The notes under the pieces: generated by a model
Seen by the model: the letters and a program-made list of their open reading frames with translations, nothing else
What the model was told of the DNA's origin: nothing
The model's database searches: none
Part shown: in pieces, positions 16,543 through 24,227 of the stretch
Layout of the letters: each line of letters starts with the position of its first letter
How positions within the stretch are numbered: the stretch's first letter is position 1
Assembly: GCA_964510025.1 (NCBI GenBank)
Contig: CAZDZV010000004.1
Location: 126,611 to 157,603, forward strand
Length of the DNA: 30,993 nucleotides
Source: an uncultured Methanosarcinales archaeon
GTDB taxonomy: Archaea > Nanobdellota > Nanobdellia > Woesearchaeales > DATDXC01
Direction: 5' to 3'
Position numbers and translations under genes: made by a program

Positions 16543-16694
16543 ACTAGCTCACCGTTGGAAAGGCTATCCAAATGGTATTCGACCGTAGCCTGACCATCGT
16601 TCACCTTGATCCTTTTGCAGCTAAGGCCTATTTTTCCCCTTTTAGGGCCAGATCCATTTGAAGAAAAAAATGGGAAGAGGTGATGCCAAAGCAT
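16539..16694 (-). CDS. Possible 51-aa small ORF bridging the DUF5320 and J-domain genes
   Basis: Translated by hand: MLWHHLFPFFSSNGSGPKRGKIGLSCKRIKVNDGQATVEYHLDSLSNGELV. TGATG overlap at its start and GTGA overlap at its stop. Confidence 0.35.
   Translation of the reverse strand: MLWHHLFPFFSSNGSGPKRGKIGLSCKRIKVNDGQATVEYHLDSLSNGELV
16661..16674 (-). terminator. Possible oligo-T terminator after DUF5320
   Basis: CCCATTTTTTTCTT on the minus strand ~20 nt after the stop codon. Confidence 0.3.
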
Positions 16695-16999
16695 CACTTT
16701 AGCTCTTCCAGTCGTTTTCTTATGGATTCAATTTCCTGGTCAAGTGCTTTTCTTTCCTGTTCGATCATGTTTACTTCATTTTCTAGATACTGTCTCTCCT
16801 GCTCTTTTGTTGGCTGCTGTACAGGCACTATCCTATTGATTGGCGCTGCTCTGACAAATCCTCTTCGCAGGCCTCTTCCTAGGCCTCTGCCGAATCCTGG
16901 ATTCCTGAATCCTGGTACCGCATATCCTGCGCAGAAACCAGCTCCTCGTCCAGTCATTGGGCCAAATCCATCAGGCCCTGTTCCATCTCCTCTTGGCAT
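16694..16999 (-). CDS. DUF5320-family protein
   Basis: MPRGDGTGPxGxGPMTGRGAGFC, a Gly/Arg-rich tract and a C-terminal coiled coil. Confidence 0.88.
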   Translation of the reverse strand: MPRGDGTGPDGFGPMTGRGAGFCAGYAVPGFRNPGFGRGLGRGLRRGFVRAAPINRIVPVQQPTKEQERQYLENEVNMIEQERKALDQEIESIRKRLEELK

Positions 17000-17000
17000 T

Positions 17001-17264
17001 TTATCTCACCTCGTCATGCTCTTCAAACATCTTATCCTGGGTTTTATCAAGTTTCCTTATCAGCTCTATCAGCATCGCGGCATGCTCCTTTTCCTCATCC
17101 CTGTTGTGTTCTAGGATTTTTTTCAGTTCTTCGTTCTTCACAACCTCTATTCTTTCCTGATACCAGTTGATTGCCTCCAGCTCTTCTATCAGGCTCTGTC
17201 TTGCCCTCTCAAGATCCTTTGTCTCATCTGAAAGGTTTTCTCTTCCTTCATGCTCTCCTGTCAT
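17001..17264 (-). CDS. Encapsulin-associated-type ferritin-like protein (EncFtn)
   Basis: RARQSLIEELEAINWYQER...ILEHNRDEEKEHAAMLIE ferroxidase signature. Confidence 0.88.
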   Translation of the reverse strand: MTGEHEGRENLSDETKDLERARQSLIEELEAINWYQERIEVVKNEELKKILEHNRDEEKEHAAMLIELIRKLDKTQDKMFEEHDEVR

Positions 17265-18118
17265 TTTACACCTCCTATGTTCTCAACAATCTCCTCAAAC
17301 GGTTCTTCCATTATTTTATCATAGACGACGATTGGCGTTAAATTAACTATGGCTTCAACAAATCTCTTATCATAAGGTAGCTTGCCCAGCAGCTTTATTT
17401 TCTCTTCTTCTGCATATTTTTCAATCTTCTTTGTGAACCTCTTATTGATGTCATATCTGTTGATCACCAGGCCAGCAGGTATTTCGAAATGTTTCACCAT
17501 CTCCATCGCCCTTTTTAGGTCACTTAGTGCAGAGGGTGTCGGCTCTGTAACCGCAACCACATAATCTGATCCTGTGACCGAGGCTATGACCGGGCATCCG
17601 ATTCCTGCTGCCGAATCCACCAAAGTGATATCCTTTTCCTCTTTTTCTGCCATCTTTTTTATATAAGCAACAACCTTGCCAGAACCTGATTCTCCCATCT
17701 TAAGCTGGCCGGATACAATATTGAAGCCATATTTTGTCCTGCCATAGCTTATCTCTGCATTCTCAACCTTTACCTGTCTTACAGCGTTTGCCGGGCACAC
17801 CAGGCTACACACTCCGCATCCTTCACAAAAATATGGGTTGACTACAGGCTTGTCTTTCCACTCTATTGCCTGGAAATAGCAGGCTTCATAGCATTTTTTG
17901 CATTTGGTGCATTTATTATAGTCGACAACTGCCTTTTCATTTGTCTGGAGTTTTTCTGTTTTGTGAAACTTAGCGCCTAGAACCAGCGCAAGGTTAGGGG
18001 CATCCACATCGCAGTCAGCTACAACAACACTTTTGTTTTTTGATAGCAAAACAGCCAGCGACGCAGTTATGCTGGACTTCCCCACTCCCCCTTTTCCCGA
18101 CAATACAGTTATCTTCAT
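17261..18118 (-). CDS. MinD-superfamily P-loop ATPase with inserted 2x[4Fe-4S] ferredoxin (COG1149)
   Basis: SGKGGVGKS, DCDVDAPN, CTKCKKCYEAC, CEGCGVCSLVCP, GIGCPV and VTEPT motifs. Confidence 0.93.
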   Translation of the reverse strand: MKITVLSGKGGVGKSSITASLAVLLSKNKSVVVADCDVDAPNLALVLGAKFHKTEKLQTNEKAVVDYNKCTKCKKCYEACYFQAIEWKDKPVVNPYFCEGCGVCSLVCPANAVRQVKVENAEISYGRTKYGFNIVSGQLKMGESGSGKVVAYIKKMAEKEEKDITLVDSAAGIGCPVIASVTGSDYVVAVTEPTPSALSDLKRAMEMVKHFEIPAGLVINRYDINKRFTKKIEKYAEEEKIKLLGKLPYDKRFVEAIVNLTPIVVYDKIMEEPFEEIVENIGGVK

Positions 18119-18933
18119 TTTATCTTGGCGATTATTTTCTTAATATTTTTGTCCATTATCACTTCACCTTTGGAGTAAGCCTCGATGAATTTCTTCGAGT
18201 AAGGTATATCTGCCAGTTTCGTTGCACCATACTCCTTGATTATTGCTTCTATCAAGGATTTATCCCCTATATCTGACCTGTTTATCACAACCATTGCTTT
18301 CTTTCCCAGCCTTCTCAAAAGCTTCAAAATAAGTTCAAGGTCATGGGCTCCCAGGGGTGTAGGCTCTGTTACAGCTATTATATCATCATATTCATATATT
18401 GCTTCTATAACATTGCAGTGCGTGCCTGCAGCTGTATCTAATATGGTGATGCCCTCCTCCTTTGCATATTCCAGCTCTTTGCCAACCACAAAAGCTGATC
18501 CGAAATACCTTGGCTTTATCTGCGCTGAAACTAGCTTCAGATTCCCTTTTTTCCCTTCAAATATCTCCCCTACAACTCTGCTCGTTTTTGAGATAGCCTC
18601 AACAGGACAGCTTATCAGGCATGCCTGGCAGCCGTTGCATATGGATTGTATGAATATAGGAAAATTTCCCTTCACAGATGCGATTGCGTTAAATTTGCAC
18701 ACCTCTCCGCATCTGCCACACTTTGTGCACTTACCCAAATCAAAGCTCGGGATGACCTGCCTGATATCCTTCACCTTTTGCCTTTCAACATTGAGGATCA
18801 GGTGATCATTGGGGCAGTCAACATCCGCATCTATCAGCAGCACCTCTTGTTTTTTAGCAAGCTCATGGGCTAGGGCAGTAGCTATCGTGGACTTTCCGGT
18901 ACCGCCCTTGCCGCCTGTAACCGCTATCTTCAT
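18115..18933 (-). CDS. MinD-superfamily P-loop ATPase with inserted ferredoxin (COG1149), second paralogue
   Basis: GGKGGTGKST, DADVDCPN, CTKCGRCGEVC, CNGCQACLISCP and VTEPTPLG motifs. ATG 18933 overlaps the upstream stop. Confidence 0.93.
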   Translation of the reverse strand: MKIAVTGGKGGTGKSTIATALAHELAKKQEVLLIDADVDCPNDHLILNVERQKVKDIRQVIPSFDLGKCTKCGRCGEVCKFNAIASVKGNFPIFIQSICNGCQACLISCPVEAISKTSRVVGEIFEGKKGNLKLVSAQIKPRYFGSAFVVGKELEYAKEEGITILDTAAGTHCNVIEAIYEYDDIIAVTEPTPLGAHDLELILKLLRRLGKKAMVVINRSDIGDKSLIEAIIKEYGATKLADIPYSKKFIEAYSKGEVIMDKNIKKIIAKIK

Positions 18934-19400
18934 TGATCTCCCCGTATCATCATTGAGCCGCATTCAGGGCACTTCTGCTTAACGCATGGCTGTCCTCTGA
19001 CATGTGCTGCTGTCGTGCCGCATTCAGGGCACCTGCAGACTGTTGGACCGCCAAATCCTCTCTGACCCATTCCTCTGCCTTGCGCTCTAGGGCCTGTTCC
19101 GTCTCCTCCTGGCATCTTGTATACACCTCCTTGTATCTGTATTGCTTTTCCGTTCACCAGTGCCTCAGCTATCTTTTTTCTGGCCGATGATAATATCCTG
19201 TGGAACGTAGGCTGCGAAACATTCATCTTTTTTGCAGCTTCTGTCTGGTCTGTACCTTCGTAATCATAAAGCCTGATTGCCTCAAGCTCTTCAATATTAA
19301 GCTCTACGACATTCAGGCTGCTTACAGGAACTCCTCGCGGCTTGAAATAGTCAACATTAACCCCAAACCTCACTCTCCTCATCCTTCTTGGTCTTGGCAT
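18930..19400 (-). CDS. DUF134 (COG1342) HTH protein with a C-terminal Cys-knuckle extension
   Basis: MPRPRR, YFKPRG, EELEAIRL, AAKKMNVSQPTFHRIL, ARKKIAEAL, followed by MPGGDGTGP and two CPECG motifs. Confidence 0.92.
   Translation of the reverse strand: MPRPRRMRRVRFGVNVDYFKPRGVPVSSLNVVELNIEELEAIRLYDYEGTDQTEAAKKMNVSQPTFHRILSSARKKIAEALVNGKAIQIQGGVYKMPGGDGTGPRAQGRGMGQRGFGGPTVCRCPECGTTAAHVRGQPCVKQKCPECGSMMIRGDQ
18957..19032. repeat. 16-bp perfect direct repeat encoding the two CPECG knuckles
   Basis: GCCGCATTCAGGGCAC at 18957-18972 and 19017-19032. Confidence 0.85.
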
Positions 19401-19419
19401 TATGAATAGGTATTCATAA
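19400..19419. promoter_or_regulatory. Palindromic operator between the TATA box and the DUF134 start codon
   Basis: TTATGAATA-GG-TATTCATAA (9-bp perfect arms). Minus-strand TATA TTTATATA at 19432-19425. Confidence 0.7.
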
Positions 19420-19453
19420 CTAATATATAAATTTTTTGCTTAAGAAATAGACA

Positions 19454-22081
19454 TCATTCCATCTGTTCAAGAGCCTTGCCAAGGCCGTCAAAATTTCTTC
19501 CGAACTCTTCCCAGTCTCCTGATCGCAGCGCCTCCAGCATTCCATTATAAAACTTGTTTGCATCAGCTATCAGGTCAGGTGAAAATTCATCCTCTACTGT
19601 TTTCTCGCCGAACAAGGCAAGCAAGGCAGCGCCTAACGTCTCTTCCATGACTACCTTTTCGCCATCTGAAACCAGCACCCTTTTCATCTGCGGCAGCTGG
19701 CCTTGTTCTGCCTGAAGGTATAGGGGCTCTATATAGAGGAGGCTGTTCCGTATGGGTATTACAAGCAAGTTCCCCCTCGTAACGCTGGATCCTCTTTGGC
19801 TCCATAATGTAAGCTGCTGGCTGATCTCGCTGTCCTGGTCGAATTTCGCCTCGATCTGCAGCGGGCCGTACACCAGCTTGTCCTTTGGGAACCTGTACAC
19901 CAGCAGCTTTCCGTAATTTTCCCCGTCGCTTCTGGCCGCAAGCCATGCTACCATGTTGTCCTTCCGTAAAGGCGTAAAGGTCTGCATTAATATGAACTCA
20001 GCCTCATCTTTCTCCGGAAGCTCTATTATTATGTAATAGGGCTCCACTTCAGTCTTCTGTCCCTGCCCGTAGATTTCCTGCGTCTTTTCCCATGCATCCT
20101 CTTTGTTGTAGAAAACAGTTGTATCATCCATATGGTAGCTGCTATAGATGGTGCTCTGGATCTTGAAGAGATCCTCTGGATACCTTATATGCCTCTTTAG
20201 GCTTTCAGGCATTAGTTCAAAGCTCTTGAACTCATTAGGGAATATCCTTGCGTATGTCTGGATCAACGGATCGTCTTTATCTGTGACATAGTAGTCTACG
20301 CTTCCGCCATATGCATCAACGACCACCTTTACCGAGTTCCTTACATAATTTATCTTGTTCACCTTCTCTGAATAAGGGAAGTTTCCCGAGATGGTATAGG
20401 CATCCTGTATCCAGTAAAGCTTGCCGTCCGCTATTACAACATATGGATCATTGTCCAGCTTCAGGAAAGGTGTTATCCGAGATATCCTGCCCCTTATATT
20501 CCGATTGAACATGATCCTGCTTTCATCGGTGATATCAGAAGAAAGAAGGATCTTAAGGTCTGCAAACCTTGCAGCCATCAGTAATTTCGTCAAGAAAGAG
20601 CCTATCCGCACCCCTCCTGGACCGTCATAGTTGATATATTCATTTGTGTTGCCCTTTGGATAGTCGAATTCCCTCTGCTTTGTGTTGACTATAACAAACT
20701 CATTTCCCTTCTCCCCATAATAGATCTGGGGCTTCACGCTTATATTTATATTGTATTCCGGCGGGATATTCTCTATGTAGAATGTCGGCAGCCCCTCTGC
20801 GGTGACCTTATTTACAGGGCTCATAACTACGCCATAGCCATGGGTGTAGACAAGATGCTCATTAACCCAGGTCTTCGCATTCTCAGCCAGCTGGTTCTGG
20901 TTCATCTCTCTTGGAGCCAGCATTACTTCAGTATATTTTCCGTCAATGATGTATCGGTCGATATCTATGCCCGAAAGATCGTAATACAGCCTGATCTCCT
21001 GCGTTTGCCTGTATGTTTGTGTGAGCGGCCGCCAGTCCAGAAGCCTAACATTATCCAAGGTCGTGGTCTCTCCAGCAAGGATGTCTGCTGTCAGATTCTG
21101 CTCTGCCGGATAGTTTCTTTGTTCCACATCATCAAGTCCATATGCGATCCTTGTAAAGTCGATATTATGCCGGATATATGGTTTTTCAAGATTCAGCTCA
21201 TTTGGTTCTACCCTCAGCTGTTGCACGACCGCAGGGATAAAGGTGGGTGCAAATACGAATACAAGTATGTACAAGATTACAGCTCCAATAAGGATATGCC
21301 TTTTTCTTAGTTGCTTTCTGAAGAATATCCATACATAGAATACAGCTGCGACCAGCAGTGCCAGCACCATCAAGAAGTTGATTATAGGAAGATAAGCTAC
21401 AACGTCCGTGTAGCCTGCCCCCACCACTATTCCCTGCTTTGAGTACATTATCGAGTATTTCATAAGGTAATGCCTTATGGCCATCAGGACAAACACAAGG
21501 CTCCCTAATATGGCCAGATGGGTCATAGCGCCTTTTTTGATCTTCGGTATCCTCTTCACTGTAAGAGGAGTTGCTCCCCTCTGGACAAGGAAATCCTTGA
21601 TAAAATCCTGGAGGTAATCAAGGGCCACCAGCAACAGCGTGACTGCTACAATCGCCATAGCCAGTCCCCATACTGCAGTAAAAAATGGAAGAGAAAAAAC
21701 ATAGAATGAAGCATCCTTGATGAAAATGGGATCGCTTATGTTGAACGGAACCTGCCATACATACTGAAGATATGTGAACCAGTTAGGATAGAAAGAGAAC
21801 CCTATAAACACAGAGATTAAAGCAGCTGCAGCTGCTTTGAACCTGAATGGGATCTTTGATTTAGAGATATACAGGTTGATAGCTGCAAATGCAAAGAAGC
21901 TTAATGCGCCCACAAGGAACAACACTATCTGGGCCTTTATGCTTATGAGAAAGATCTGCTCAAATCCTAACGCCTTAAACCATTGAAAATCTGTGATTAG
22001 CCTCGCAAAGCCCATGAAGCCCAGAATAAAGATGACTATAAGTGCAATAATCCCCCTCTTAGCAGCATTGTATGCCCCCAT
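19454..22081 (-). CDS. UPF0182 (COG1615) membrane protein
   Basis: DPIFIKDASFYVFSLP, GAGYTDV, PNELNLEKPYI, DIDRY, HLVYTHGYG, NYVRNSVK, RYPEDLF and GNLLVIP motifs. Confidence 0.93.
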   Translation of the reverse strand: MGAYNAAKRGIIALIVIFILGFMGFARLITDFQWFKALGFEQIFLISIKAQIVLFLVGALSFFAFAAINLYISKSKIPFRFKAAAAALISVFIGFSFYPNWFTYLQYVWQVPFNISDPIFIKDASFYVFSLPFFTAVWGLAMAIVAVTLLLVALDYLQDFIKDFLVQRGATPLTVKRIPKIKKGAMTHLAILGSLVFVLMAIRHYLMKYSIMYSKQGIVVGAGYTDVVAYLPIINFLMVLALLVAAVFYVWIFFRKQLRKRHILIGAVILYILVFVFAPTFIPAVVQQLRVEPNELNLEKPYIRHNIDFTRIAYGLDDVEQRNYPAEQNLTADILAGETTTLDNVRLLDWRPLTQTYRQTQEIRLYYDLSGIDIDRYIIDGKYTEVMLAPREMNQNQLAENAKTWVNEHLVYTHGYGVVMSPVNKVTAEGLPTFYIENIPPEYNINISVKPQIYYGEKGNEFVIVNTKQREFDYPKGNTNEYINYDGPGGVRIGSFLTKLLMAARFADLKILLSSDITDESRIMFNRNIRGRISRITPFLKLDNDPYVVIADGKLYWIQDAYTISGNFPYSEKVNKINYVRNSVKVVVDAYGGSVDYYVTDKDDPLIQTYARIFPNEFKSFELMPESLKRHIRYPEDLFKIQSTIYSSYHMDDTTVFYNKEDAWEKTQEIYGQGQKTEVEPYYIIIELPEKDEAEFILMQTFTPLRKDNMVAWLAARSDGENYGKLLVYRFPKDKLVYGPLQIEAKFDQDSEISQQLTLWSQRGSSVTRGNLLVIPIRNSLLYIEPLYLQAEQGQLPQMKRVLVSDGEKVVMEETLGAALLALFGEKTVEDEFSPDLIADANKFYNGMLEALRSGDWEEFGRNFDGLGKALEQME

Positions 22082-22265
22082 ATAGCTAAGTAAGCCAGCT
22101 GCTTATATAAATGTTTGTTAGTTGGTTCTATCCCGTGACTACAAAGCTTTATATAGGCTGCCCTCTTCCTTATTGTAGACAAGATAAGATACTATTAAAC
22201 ATGTTGTTTAATGCTAAAACAACGACTTCTTGTAGAATTAAGATATATTAGTTTGGGGGCTGATC

Positions 22266-22649
22266 ATGATGGATAAGGTACAGCATTTCGAGATACCTTC
22301 TGAGAATATAGACGAAGCTCAGGAGTTCTATAAAAACGTTTTCGGATGGAAAATGAAAGATGTAAGCCTGGGTGAGGACTGGAAATATGTGATGGTGCAT
22401 ACAGGGAAGACGGACAAGAAAGGGAGGTTAGATGAGAAAGCAGTCATAAATGGTGCGCTTATGGAGAAAAAAACAGTCACAGCGCCTGTACTTGTGATTA
22501 CAGTAGCTTCCATCGACAATAAGGTCAAGCAGATCAAAGAACAGGGAGGCACTATTACTCTAGAGAAAACTGATGTTGAAGACATGGGAAAATATGCTAG
22601 GTTCAAGGACAGGGATGGAAATGAGCTCGGGCTCTGGGAAAATAATTAG
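22266..22649 (+). CDS. VOC/glyoxalase-family protein
   Basis: VQHFEIP, FYKNVFGWK, INGAL and FKDRDGNELGLW motifs. Confidence 0.92.
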   Translation: MMDKVQHFEIPSENIDEAQEFYKNVFGWKMKDVSLGEDWKYVMVHTGKTDKKGRLDEKAVINGALMEKKTVTAPVLVITVASIDNKVKQIKEQGGTITLEKTDVEDMGKYARFKDRDGNELGLWENN

Positions 22650-23013
22650 CTTAGCAGCCGGCATTCTGTTGCTCGCGCTTCTAACAGCCTGCAGTGATTC
22701 CCCTGGTAACCCCTCCAAAGAAGCAGATATTACATTCAGGCTTGCAGGTGAGAATTTCAGGTTTACGTTGGATGGCAGGGAAGCTCCAGCTTTGACCGTA
22801 AGCCAGGGTGATAGGGTGAGGATCGAGTTTACAAGTAGTGAAGGTGTCCACAACTGGATGCTTGATGAATTCAATGCAGAAACAGCCAGTGTTGGAGCTG
22901 GCAATAGTGCATCGGTGGAATTTGTGGCGAGTGAAAAGGGGAGCTATGAGTATTATTGTGGTATAGGTCGCCATAGGGAATTTGGGATGGTAGGTGAGTT
23001 TATAGTAGAATGA
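22615..23013 (+). CDS. Secreted or lipid-anchored cupredoxin (type 1 copper)
   Basis: Hydrophobic signal ending LLTAC; ligand set HNW...YYCGIGRHREFGM (H, C, H, M). Start is 22615 or 22621. Confidence 0.85.
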   Translation: MEMSSGSGKIISLAAGILLLALLTACSDSPGNPSKEADITFRLAGENFRFTLDGREAPALTVSQGDRVRIEFTSSEGVHNWMLDEFNAETASVGAGNSASVEFVASEKGSYEYYCGIGRHREFGMVGEFIVE

Positions 23014-23477
23014 AAGCAGGGATTATTTTATTGCTCGTATTTTTGTTGGCTTGTACCCAGCAGGTTGTGCAAGAAGATGCGACAGCCGGGCTTATAAAGG
23101 AAGGGGGCTACCAGGGCAGGTTATTGGCTGGAGATACAGCACCCTATCTTGAATTCGCCCAAGCTGACTACGAAAAGGCTCTAGATGACGGTAAGGTTAT
23201 CTTGTTATATTTCTATGCAAACTGGTGTCCTGTCTGCAGGAAAGAACAGCCTGAAGTTATTGCAGCTTTCGACGAGCTGGAGTTGGATTCAGTGGTGGGC
23301 TTCAGGGTAAACTATGATGATGATGAGACTAACGAATTCGAAAAGCAGCTTGCCAGGGAGCACGGTGTATCCTATCAGCATACCAAGGTGATAATCAAAA
23401 ATGGTGACAGGGTGCTGAAAGCTCCTGATTCCTGGGATCAGCAGAGATACATTGAAGAGATAAGGAAGGTGGTATAA
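23010..23477 (+). CDS. Secreted thioredoxin-like protein
   Basis: Signal peptide with LLAC; FYANWCPVC active site; GVSYQHT. Confidence 0.88.
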   Translation: MKAGIILLLVFLLACTQQVVQEDATAGLIKEGGYQGRLLAGDTAPYLEFAQADYEKALDDGKVILLYFYANWCPVCRKEQPEVIAAFDELELDSVVGFRVNYDDDETNEFEKQLAREHGVSYQHTKVIIKNGDRVLKAPDSWDQQRYIEEIRKVV

Positions 23478-24227
23478 TTGGCAAAAAGATGGGATACATT
23501 CACAGCAAGTGTCTTTTTTGTTCTGGGATTTTCCGTCGTATTTTCACTGCTGGGTGTGTTGTTGCAGACGCTGCTGACAAATGTGGGTTACACTGTGCAG
23601 CTCTGGTTGGGACGGATAGGCGGAGCCATAATTATAATATTTGGACTATATATTGTGGGACTGATTAGGCCGCGATTCCTCGAAAAGCAAAGAAGAATTT
23701 CTGTAAAGAAAAAATTCAGTTCAAGATACATAACAAGCTTTGTCTTCGGCGCTGCATTCGCAGTCGGCTGGACACCTTGTGTCACAGCTGCGTTAGGTGC
23801 AATATTGGCCTTGGCTACGACCAGCCCGGGTGGAGCGTTTGTGTTGCTGATGACATATACCCTGGGTTTAGGTTTGCCCTTCCTCCTGGTGGGGCTTTTT
23901 ACCGACCAGACGCAAAGATTTATCAAGAAGCAGGGAAAATGGCTTGAGTATTTCCAGAAATTCTTCGGGCTGTTATTGATCATCATCGGGATACTTATTT
24001 TCACCAACCAGCTAAGCAGGGTTGCAAACTGGGAGTTTGCAGTAAATGTTCTAACGAGCCTGAACATCGGAACAGGAGCAGGAGCAGATATATCCTCTGT
24101 TGGTATTGTGAGTATAGGTGTGGCCTTTTTCGCAGGGCTCGCATCATTCTTAAGCCCATGTGTGCTGCCCTTGATTCCAGGATTTTTGTCATACCTGGCA
24201 GCTTCAGGTAAAAAAGATGAAAAATAG
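23478..24227 (+). CDS. ccdA: CcdA/DsbD-type membrane disulfide reductase, circularly permuted
   Basis: FVLGFSVVF, GWTPC (C101), YTLGLGLPF and AGLASFLSPCVLPLIP (C228, C-terminal). TTG start follows AGGTGG. Confidence 0.88.
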   Translation: MAKRWDTFTASVFFVLGFSVVFSLLGVLLQTLLTNVGYTVQLWLGRIGGAIIIIFGLYIVGLIRPRFLEKQRRISVKKKFSSRYITSFVFGAAFAVGWTPCVTAALGAILALATTSPGGAFVLLMTYTLGLGLPFLLVGLFTDQTQRFIKKQGKWLEYFQKFFGLLLIIIGILIFTNQLSRVANWEFAVNVLTSLNIGTGAGADISSVGIVSIGVAFFAGLASFLSPCVLPLIPGFLSYLAASGKKDEK

